A stretch of 64,000 nucleotides of DNA from Octopus sinensis (taxonomy: Eukaryota), in NCBI RefSeq assembly GCF_006345805.1, contig NC_043005.1:60636001-60700000 (forward strand). Direction: 5' to 3'. This document shows positions 53,358 to 64,000 of the stretch, piece after piece; the first letter of the stretch is position 1; each line of letters starts with the position of its first letter. The translations under genes and the position numbers were made by a program. The notes beneath the pieces were generated by a model. It did not search any database, was not told the DNA's origin, and saw only the letters and a list, made by a program, of their open reading frames with translations.

Positions 53358-56300
53358 TGTAAGAAGGAAAATACAGAGCTCCGAAATCTATCCACAAACA
53401 TCGAAAACAAGGACATCCTATGGAGCCAAAGATTTACTAACAAAGAATTGGACTGTATCCGAGTAAGTAATACTAATTGAAATTTATTACTATTTTCGAA
53501 ACGAAATGATGTATTTTGACTCGATATTATCTCCACCTCTAACACAACACATGTAAACATGCGTGGAACATCACGATCATCCCCGACCTCAAACACCATG
53601 TACAAAGGAACTACGAAGAAATTAAATGCCACCGATACTATTCAACCCAAGAATAACAATCGAGCGGTACGTACATTAAACTTACAACAAAAAATGTACG
53701 AAAAACTACACGTGCGAAATAATGTGACAACAGAAATAAACGGACCGGTACCCTACGAAAATGACGACCGTCAAAATAATGGGCCGGACGTTGTACCTCA
53801 TGTCCCGCAAATAAAACCCAAAAGACGTAAATGGACACGTGAGGAATACATTTCTATCTTACACGCATACTTCACAGCAATGCTCTACCCAAAAATGAAA
53901 ATACAACAACACATACATATAAAATATGGAAGGAAAATAATTGAGATATAGACTTGGATACAGCAATGAACCCTAATAAATTAGCTAACGTACGAAGATA
54001 CATTCTCAAAGCCAAAAAAATATCAGAAATAGAAATAGAACATTTAAAAGAAAAAATACACCAGGAAAATGTAGATAGAAGCCACACAACAATGCCCAAT
54101 AATATAAACACTGAAACTGTAAAACACGAAGACAAACGCAACATTCCCAACAAACACGATGTAAACAACGAAGGGGAGCCTAATGATTATGATAATATAA
54201 AAAATAAAATAATCAAAGAACTGAAAACCACAGAGCCCAAAATGGACCACCGACCATACCTCCCAAGAATAAAAATAAACGAAATAACAACACCAATTAT
54301 AAACAGCATAAACCTAGCCGTCACTGAACTAGCCACTGAAACAAAAAAAAGTGATATCACTGAACTAAATGACTTGATATACGCAGCAGCCACTGCAGCC
54401 ACAAAAGAAGCTGGATACTCACCCAAACCCGCCCAAACAGGAGTACCACCACCCAAACAAACCCTGTGGATAAATAACATCCAAAACAAAATTTAAAAAA
54501 TTAGAAAAGACCTGTCGATTCTTAATGAAATCAGCAAACAATCAACACTACTGAGCAACAAAAAGAGAACAAAAATGCTCCGCAAATATAACATCACAGA
54601 AAAAGATTTGCCGGAGATAAAAGAAAAGCTGAAGCAAGATATCCTTGCCAAAGCTCAAAGGATCCGCCGGTACGAGAAACGCCAACGCTTCTTTGAACAG
54701 AACAAAAAGTTCAACTCCAACCCCAAAAAGTTCTACCAAGAACTGGGAAAAAATAAAATAGAAGTCACTGCAGCACCAACGGCAGAAGAATTGGAAGAAT
54801 TCTGGAGAGAAATATGGTCGGCGAACGAACAGCCAAAAAAAAGGAGTATCAAAATAACAAACTCGGCATCTGAAAAACTTTGGACCCCCATAACAACTGA
54901 AGAGGTCACCCAGGCAACTAAGCAACTGGAAGGCACCTGGGCATGACAAGATCCCCAACTTCTGGTTGAAATATCTAACAGGAATGCACAAAAAGCTGTC
55001 TGAAAACTTTAACAGCGTACTAGCAGAGCCAGAGACAATGCCTGAATGGCTCACGAAGGGGAAAACCATCTTAATTCCCAAATCAAATGAAACAGCAAAA
55101 CCAGAAAACTACAGACCAATAACCTGCCTCCCTACTATGTTCAAGGCATTTACTGCAGTGATATCGCAAAGGCTGAACAAGCACCTGGACAAAAACAAAC
55201 TGTTCCCAGAAGAGCAGAAAGGATGCCGCAAAGGCTCATATGGCTGTAAAGATCAACTAATGATTAATAAAGCCGTAACTGAAGACAGCCACAGAAAGAA
55301 GAAAGGCCTCAGTATGGCCTGGATTGACTACAAAAAGGCGTTTGATAGCATCCCCCACACATGGATCCTCGAAACACTAGCCATTAACAAAGTAGCACCA
55401 ACAATCATAAAATTCATAGAGCACTCTATGAATAAATGGCAAACAGTCCTACACCTCCAAACAAAAGAGGGACTCATGAAAACCAAAGACATCCCCATTA
55501 GAAGAGGAATATTCCAGGGAGACACGCTCTCTCCACTCCTTTTCTTCTTGGCACTGTCACCTCTATCTGATATGCTAAATAGAACTGGAAGCGGATATAA
55601 ATGTTACGGCAAAACGATCAGCCACCTTTTATATATGGATGACCTAAAACTATACGCTGCAAATGACAAACAGCTGGAAACACTATTAAAGACAGTTCAT
55701 GGATGTACCAAAGAAATAGATATGAAATTTGGATTAGAAAAATGCGCCAAAGTAACCATGAAAAGAGGAAAACTAGTTAAGAGTAACAACATCACACTAG
55801 ATAAAACCAATGAAATAAAAGAATTAGACCAAAGCCAAACTTACAAATACTTAGGAATCCATGAACTAGATAAGACACAACACACACAAATGAAAGAGAA
55901 AATAAAAAAAGAATATTATAGACGAGTTAGATCAATACTAAAAACAGAGCTCAATGCTAAAAACAAGATAATAGGTATCAACACTTTAGCTGTCCCAGTT
56001 ATAAGTTACAGCTACAATATCCTTAACTGGACACGAAATGAACTGTCCAAAATAGATAGGAAAACAAGAAAAATACTGACAGGATCTAGGATGCATCACC
56101 CAAAATCTGACATAGAAAGACTATATATACAACGTATAGAAGGTGGTAGAGGCCTTATACAGCTGGAAAACTACTATAAAATAACCACCATAGGACTGCA
56201 AAAATACCTACTTCAGAAGGAAGGAAAACTGATCCAGATAGCAGCAAAACACGAGCAAAACAAAAAACTGTTCTCAGTATTTAAGGAAGCTGACAAATAC

Positions 56301-57295
56301 AAACAAGAAATCATACCACCTAATAAACACGAAGAAGAAGAAGAAGATGATGAAGAAACAACAAAAGCTATAAAACAAATGAAATCCAAACTAAAAATAG
56401 AACAGCAACGAACCATGATAAAACGATGGCAAGAAAAGCCCCTTCATGGTAAATACTGCACTAAACTAAACGCAAAAGAAATAGACAAAGAAAAATCCCA
56501 GCAATGGTTGAGAAGCTCAGGACTCAAAGCAGAAACAGAGGGATTTTTAATTGCAGCACAAGGCCAAAGCCTCCCCACCGGAAATTACCAAAAACATGTA
56601 ATGAAAAGAAATATTACAAGTAACTGCAGAATATGTGGAGATGGACAAGAAACAATAAATCATATTATCTCTAGCTGCCCAGTCCTGGCTAAGAAGGAAT
56701 ATATTCACAGACATGACAGAGTTGGAACCTACATACATTGGAAGCTATGCCAACATTATGGAATAACAACAGAAAAAAGATGGTATAGGCACACACCAGA
56801 AAAGGTCACAGAAAACGAGAAAGCAACCATACTCTGGGATATGCCGATACACACAGATAGAGAAATTAAGGCCAACAGACCAGATATAGTTGTCAGAGAT
56901 CATGAAGAAAGAAAGAAAATGCTTTCTAATTGATGTATCAATACCGGAAGATGACAACGTGACTCTAAAAGAAATGGACAAACTCACAAAATACAAAGAC
57001 CTGGAAATAGAGGTAACTAGAATGTGGAATCTGAAAACAGAAACAATTCATATCATAGTAGGTGCATTAGGCATGATAAAAAAATATTCAGACAAATACA
57101 TAAAAAAAACACCAGGACTTACAAACACATATAACATACAGAAAATTGCACTACTAGGCACTGCACACATCCTACGCAGAACACTTTCCATACAATAACC
57201 ATCAGAGCATCACAACAAATCACAGCACATACCCAAGGCACCCAGAGCTGCGCTCGGTAGTGAAGTGAAAGCACGCTATAAAAATAAAACTACTG
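53267..57295 (+). mobile_element. Full-length but inactivated R4/Dong-like LINE (family X) within (TAA)n
   Basis: ORF pieces 53559-57198 with KWTREEY, RT (IFQGDTLSP, YMDDLKLY), CCHC and RLE. Lesions near 53893 (frameshift), 53942 (TGA), 54494 (TAA), ~54925 (deletion/frameshift) and ~56910 (+4). Confidence 0.95.
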
Positions 57296-57336
57296 AATAA
57301 TAATAATAATAATAATAATAGTAATAATAATAATAA

Positions 57337-57428
57337 CCAGTAAATATGTGTCACCGTAGTCTGCTGTCCGTGGACAGCTGACACTTTCTATCATACCCAG
57401 CAAAATAAGTTGTGAGTTTACGTCACAT
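57337..57428 (+). mobile_element. 3'-UTR-only insertion of family Y
   Basis: Homologous to 5658-5742; TAA-like repeats on both sides. Confidence 0.75.
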
Positions 57429-57444
57429 AATAGTAATAAGAATA

Positions 57445-58290
57445 ATTCACGTGTGGATACTGACCGCCTATACAGGAAGAGAGCAAATGGAGGGAGAGGA
57501 CTGATAAATGTGGAAGACTGCGTGCGTATCGAACTCCAAATCTTAATGAGATACCTAACTCAAAGTAAGGAAACCTTACTAGTGACAGGTAGAAACAAGA
57601 GAGTATCGAAAGCAGAGAAAAATGGAACTTCAAAATATGTGCAAAAATGACATGAAGAATTCCTTATTGCCACAACAGAAGTTAATGGATAAATAGGTGG
57701 GATTGGCTGGTGAAAAGTACGCTAAAAAAAATACCGAGTGCACTATATTGGCAGCACAAGACCAAGGAATGAGCAAGTGTCTCCGCTGTGCCACAGAGTG
57801 GATGAAACCATTGCACTTTTCACGAACGAATGTACTAAACTTTCCCCCAAACCACGAGAAAACTTGCCCAAAACCACTACGATCAGGTAGCAAAAATGCT
57901 ACATTGGAAACTCTGTGAAAAGGGGAGGCTAGAGAGAGGCAAGACTTGGTATGAGCACAAACGGTAGAGCGTGGTGGAATCGGAGACTAGCAAAATTCCC
58001 TGAGATTTCCCAATACAAACAGATCAGGTGCTAAAGCATAACACCTGGTCGTGGTGGACAATGTGCACCATATGTTATATAGTTGATGTTACATTCCCCT
58101 TGACCCATGAATAGTCATGAAGGACGGCGAAAAGATTGATGAATACAACTCTCTTGAGTATGAAATACTCCAACTGAGGAAAATGAAGGAGGTGAAGATA
58201 GTGCCAATTATTATTGGGTCCTTGGGAACAGTATCAGACGGCATCAGGTGAATGTAAAGGAGATTAGAATAGAGTGTGATAAAGAGAAAC
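57445..58290 (+). mobile_element. Decayed R4/Dong-like fragment
   Basis: DTDRLYRKRANGGRGLINVEDCV, ILAAQDQ, VPIIIGSLGTVS. Confidence 0.8.
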
Positions 58291-58334
58291 AATAATAATA
58301 ACGACAACAACAACAGCAAGAATAACAATAATAC

Positions 58335-58675
58335 TTTATCATGAAGGAAAGAGAAGAAGTTGAAAATATGGAGACCTGAGAATTGAAATCGCTAGCCTGT
58401 GTCAGCTACGAAAGTCAAACATAAATGTTATTTTCGTTGTCATAGGAGCATGGGGTTTAATTTCAGTCAACCTGAAAAAAGCATCTGGATATTTTAGAAA
58501 TACCCTACAATCGTGGTGTATTGCAAGAATCGTGCTTACTTGGAACTGCACACATACTGCGTAAAGTACAGTTTTTTACGTCCTTGTTGTGACTTGACAG
58601 TCAGCACAAGGCTCCGGCACACTCACTATCTTCAGTCTATAACAGCACAATATTGGATACTGTGTGACGTCTTCA
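58335..58675 (+). mobile_element. R4/Dong-like 3' end of another family
   Basis: EKYGDLRIEIASL...VVIGAWGLI...LQESCLLGTAHILRKV plus 3' UTR. Confidence 0.78.
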
Positions 58676-58711
58676 ATGATAAGAATGGTGATGATGATAA
58701 TGATGATGATG

Positions 58712-58780
<69 letters not shown>

Positions 58781-58783
<3 letters not shown>

Positions 58784-58844
58784 CCCAAGGCATAGAGAAC
58801 TGCGCTTGGTAGTGCAGTGAAATAACATGATAAAAATAAGACTG

Positions 58845-58848
<4 letters not shown>
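58781..58848 (+). mobile_element. ~70-bp terminal fragment of a family-X-like element
   Basis: ATACCCAAGGCATAGAGAACTGCGCTTGGTAGTG...ACTGCTG then (AAT)n; matches 57230-57295. Confidence 0.8.
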
Positions 58849-58919
<71 letters not shown>

Positions 58920-58920
<1 letters not shown>

Positions 58921-59475
58921 TGCCCTGATGCAGTACCAGGCAGTGGCTCTCATGGCTTCTGATCTTAACTGATTGGAAGTGTTATCATGTACATTGTTTT
59001 GTCTTGGTATAAAAGATGGGCTACAGCAAATATTCTGCTCAATACCACAGATTTGCTTGTCAGTTGTTTGACCTTAACCAGTTGAGCATGTCCCTTCGTG
59101 GCTGACAATATGTGCATCTCTGATCACGAGCAGAAGTAGTGGGGGAGCATCATAGCCATGTGTTGAGAGGGATTCTTTGGGGTTTGAATAGTTCACCTCT
59201 GGAAACATGGGTGGTTCTTTCAACATCCTTAAACAACCCTTATTCAGGCACCGTTTGAGCGGGATGGGCTACTCAATCTGAAGAAAATTCTAACTGGGCC
59301 CCACCTGCAAGGTCATGTGCTGTTTATCTTGATATGAGATCACCATGTCGCACACATATGGTTGTGATGCATGTGCCTGGTGTACCTTTATCAGACGGGT
59401 AGTCATGATGGGTATATTGGGCTTCGTATATTTTACCCCAGTGTCACTTTGATGGCATACACTGCTCTCTCACTC
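58920..59475 (+). mobile_element. 556-bp non-coding insertion between two (TAA)n tracts (strand inferred)
   Basis: Complex sequence with sharp borders against (TAA)n on both sides; no meaningful ORF and no clear A/B box. Confidence 0.6.
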
Positions 59476-60049
59476 AATAATAATAATAATAATAATAACA
59501 AGAAGAAGAAGAACAACAACAAAAACAACAACAACAAAAATAATGATAATAATACTTGAAACAGCACGTGTTGAGGAAATTATTGTGCCTTTAAGTTGTG
59601 GGATGGAGCTAAGACGTGACATAGGTAAATAAGGAGGAGACAAGGGAATAAAGATGAATAAAAATAATAATGACGTTGATGCTGTTGATGATGGTGATGA
59701 GGAGAAGGAGGAGGTTAAGAATGGGGATCATAGCAAAACGACTAGGTATTATAAAAGAACAGTATTATCACCATTCAAATTATATTTTCGTTATGAAATT
59801 ATTTTTTATTTTTATCAAATGCAATAAGAGCAGTTGCAACGAAGAGAACAACATATAAAAGGAAGAAAGGAAGCAGCAAAAAAAAAAGCCGCCGAAGTTA
59901 TGATAAATATCAGCACTGCAATAAAAATTAAAAGAAATAAACGCGTAAGAAAACTCATATATATACTAAAATCTCAACAACAAAAAAAAAATTGCAATGA
60001 AAACCTCGAAGGAACAAAAATGGCTAGATCAAAAACAACAGATAAAAAA

Positions 60050-60161
60050 CAGCAATGAAAATATATGAAAGCCAGTACAGCAATAAGCTAAAACAACAAC
60101 GTTAGTCAAAGCAATAGCAAAAAGGCCACAGCAACAAGCAATAATAATAACAATAGCAACA

Positions 60162-60219
<58 letters not shown>

Positions 60220-60378
60220 ATACTAATACTACTACTACTGCTACTACTACTACTAATAATAATAATAATAATGATGATGATGATGATGATGATGATAGAA
60301 ATAATAATACTGCTACTACTATTACTACTACTACTACTACTCCTACTACTACTACTATTGCAGCAGCAGTAATAACAA

Positions 60379-60410
<32 letters not shown>

Positions 60411-60439
60411 ACAATAATAATAGTAATATTAACAGCAAC

Positions 60440-60476
<37 letters not shown>

Positions 60477-60550
60477 GAAACAATAATAATAACAACAACA
60501 ACAATAAAAACAACAATAACAACAACAATAATAATAACAACAACAGCAAC

Positions 60551-60619
<69 letters not shown>

Positions 60620-60620
60620 G

Positions 60621-60690
<70 letters not shown>

Positions 60691-60710
60691 TAATAATAAT
60701 AATGACGACG
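60050..60710. repeat. ~660-bp compound triplet microsatellite (AAC/TAC/GAT/TAA)
   Basis: Directly visible; source of poly-I/V/L ORFs. Confidence 0.97.
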
Positions 60711-62299
60711 ACACAGTAGGCATCAGACGCTTTTTCGTTCGTATGATATGGAGAACTGCAAATTAATATATCTACTGCATAAACGTAATTGACTGGCTCC
60801 GGGGGAAATGAATGCCAAACAGTAGCAATGATCTGTAATAATATAGCATCCAACATAAGGTTCATATTCTATAAATGGTGTCTCAACAATAAACATTAAT
60901 GCGGTTTTTTTTTTCTTCTTCGATTGAATCAATACAATGTAACAGATATTGCTATTTGTTCCATGTGATAATGAAAACAATATCATTTCTATTTTCATGT
61001 GTAATTTCCTTTCTTGATCCACATTAAAAAAACATCCAACATAATATGAGTATAGAACGTCTGTAGTCCGTATATTAATATCTCTTTTTTTTTTTTGCAA
61101 TTATTATACAGTGTTATCATTTTCAATTTGGATTGATTTGCTAACGTTTAATCGTGAGTAATATAGTCTTTTTCATATACAAGTATCTTTTTTACATTCT
61201 ACATAAGCGTTTATGTTACTGACTCATTCATCGTTGTTGTAAAAGGGGAAACATTATTAATAATAACAATGATAATAGTGATGATGATGATGTTGATGGT
61301 GGTGGTGGTGGTGGTGGTGATGGTGATTGTAATCGGAATATTAGTAGTTATTCGTTGTTCATTGTACCAACAAGATGCCCGATGCTCTCCCTATGTTTTG
61401 TTTCTTCGTATATCTAGACACATTCTCATTATTAATACCCGTTCTTTACTTGTTGCTAAGTCAGTCAAGAATTTAGTATGCGGACAAGCTTTTTTATTCC
61501 CTGTCTCAATGGTACAGAGCATTTCAACGAACTTCTGAATTTTTTGTTTTTGAAATACAAATTTAAAATATGGTGCTGGCTTTAACAACCAGTCAGCTCA
61601 GTGGAGAATGTAGGGAGATAATTTTGAAAAGACGATGCTCGAAGAATTCCCTCTCTTGATAGTACAACTAAAACACTACATGAACGAGAACAGCCGTTGT
61701 AGCGCAAATAGCAACAGTATCAATTTGCCAGAGGTAACAACGACTTATATACTATCAACAATAACAAACCATGTGCAGCAGTTAACGTCAACAGCAACAA
61801 CAATTTTAGAACAATACTTAAAACAGTGTACGTTGTCAATGATAGAATCATTACGACCAACAGTAATACCACTGTTGCCATCATCATCATCAACATTACT
61901 ATCGATGACGTTCTTGGGAGTGAAAGAAACTAAAGCAACACGAACAACGGAAATGACAATGCAAATTAGTATCTATCAATAAAATCGTACACATATCGTT
62001 ATTTTTACTACATCCGCTAATCTTAACACGACGGCCACTAACATTACTACAAATATGAATACCGAAAGTAACATCACAAAGGTAAAATCCTTCACAAAAG
62101 TAGCAACTAATATATATATGCTTCTTTGAAGGGCAAATACGCCATTTTTTTTTTAAGTGAGGAGCACCCTGTAAAAATCTGCAACAGGACGTTGGATTAA
62201 TAGCAGAACAAAAACTACCAGTCTAGCAATAGATTACAAATAAGCTTCACAAAAACCTAACTCGGTTGAGGCCATTAAAGCTGAAGGTAGTACAAAGCT

Positions 62300-63300
62300 C
62301 ATCCAGCGGACCAGCATATAGGGAAGACTTCATATTGACTTTATGATCAGGCACCAGTTTACCGGAAGCTGAATGCATCTTGCCGCCATGCAAAATTTAC
62401 AAAAGCTGGAGTAGTGTCCGTTTACGGCGGTAATCTGCAGCAACATATAGTAGTTAGCCCTGAAAATATCCGTAAGGAAAGAGTGGCAAAGATTCAGTAA
62501 GAAGGAAGCAATAGGGAAGACAAGAAATAGTAAAACGAAAGTAGTAATCTTAGAGAAGATTCTTAAGAAAGTATAATGACTTTTCAACGACAAACATAAA
62601 CGTTGCATAATCAGAGCTAGGATACCTGGTTAAGACACGAAGGAAAAAATCCATTCCATGTGTGCGAGTGGAATCTGCACAACGAGCCTGTGATTCTCTT
62701 TCTCAATCCTGAGCAAATGTGTTATCATTCAGCGGCAATTTGCTCAAAGGTTCGGAGAGGCGGGTCGGACCACAGAATATACTTCACTGCTTACCAAATT
62801 ATCACGACTCACTGCAGCAACCACTCGATAACAGCTACGGAACTACGGGAAGAGGTGATATGATAGGCTTTTCGAGAAGTAATTACTTTTACATGCCAAA
62901 TATGGCTAAGGGTACTTCTGTGCATGTAGAGTTTATCTCAAACAAACAATGAGTCATGGTAGGACTGCCAGCATAAGGGGTTTCTGGAAATTCTCTATGA
63001 GCTACTGCCCGACATTCATTCGGTGCAAACCGGCCATCTAGTCGCTATCGACTCCTTGATTTACCCTCAGATTGCTCTCAATTTTTGGCCTCTAATCCTC
63101 TATGGAAGACCACGATGAAAATATCAACAACTTTCTTAAACGGTTGTACAAAGCCATGTACGACTGGCGATAACCTGGTGTCAAAGTCTAAATTTAAGCT
63201 AATCGAGGAATGCAGACATATCAATCAGATAAGCTATGGGAGTTCGCGTCTGACAAATAGAACGTAATCCGTAGTCGTGCTCTACGGAATAAATACACCA
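62300..63300 (+). pseudogene. Possible very decayed LINE RT relic
   Basis: Only faint RT-like traces, e.g. near GGGAAGAGGTGATATGATAGG and LEILYEL; no continuous frame. Confidence 0.25.
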
Positions 63301-64000
63301 AGGAGATACAATCTGGATGAACAGGTGCGTTTTGTTCATGCCACCGATAGGTGAAATCTAATCGATATCTATCTGACAGTTGGAAACTCATCACACCATA
63401 GCCCTATTTAATTAGCTCCATAGACTCCCATCATACATACAAGTTACAACTTTAGCACTAGAATAAGAAGAATCTTTCCAGGAAACACTTCGGACACCTA
63501 AACAAATCTGGTCACCCCACTCCTTATATTTTCTAAATTTTTCCATCCGTTTGCGTTCCTTTCACGCACATTTGTCTATGGAATCAATACTGGATTTCTG
63601 GTATTTGGAAGGTATTAGTCGAATATATTGACCTTAGTAGTTGACTGGTACTTTATCTTAACCACCCTGCAATGAAGGAAAACTGACCTCGGAAGGATTT
63701 GAACTAAGAAGATAAAGAGCTGAAAGAAAGAATAGAAGGCATTTTTTAGATTCTCTAACCATCTTACCTGTCCACTACAATTACATTACGTATATTGTCG
63801 GTGTGTCAGTGTATAGCTAATATAATCAAACAACTGGATAATTCATTGTCGAAAATTACAAAAGCTATATTTATATTTCTTTAATTTTTTTTTTCACATC
63901 ATCTTTATCTTCTTTATCGTGGTCTTCAACTTTATCTTTGTCATTGTAGTAATGTAAATTGTCTGAACATTTTTTCTCACATAATTACTGTTGTTAATCC

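Noticed and set aside
62128-62173. CACCCTGTA resembling a Tc1/mariner right terminus
   Set aside because: Too short, and no matching left end or transposase nearby.

Overview
AT-rich, repeat-saturated eukaryotic DNA. I recognise no host protein-coding exon, rRNA, true tRNA or CRISPR array. The SINE families and huge (TA)n/(TAA)n tracts resemble an octopus or other coleoid cephalopod genome (inference from repeat content only). Almost all long ORFs in the track are either microsatellite artefacts or retroelement remnants. The dominant system is a community of R4/Dong-like non-LTR retrotransposons (RT + CCHC + restriction-like endonuclease) inserted in and stacked head-to-tail along (TAA)n microsatellites at about 5.2-11.1 kb, 43.8-45.6 kb and 53.1-59.5 kb. 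One copy (6453-10453) is intact except for a 21-nt in-frame insertion carrying one amber codon next to the YMDD motif. Other notable elements: a 556-bp non-coding element occupying the same (TAA)n niche; a 2.2-kb RT-less element with a degenerate zinc-knuckle ORF1-like gene and a 15-bp target duplication, sitting inside a SINE head; two copies of a minimal type I hammerhead-ribozyme-like motif; three tRNA-derived SINE families; and relics of RTE, CR1-like, Ty3/gypsy and Tc1/mariner elements. All alignments, translations and folds were done by eye.
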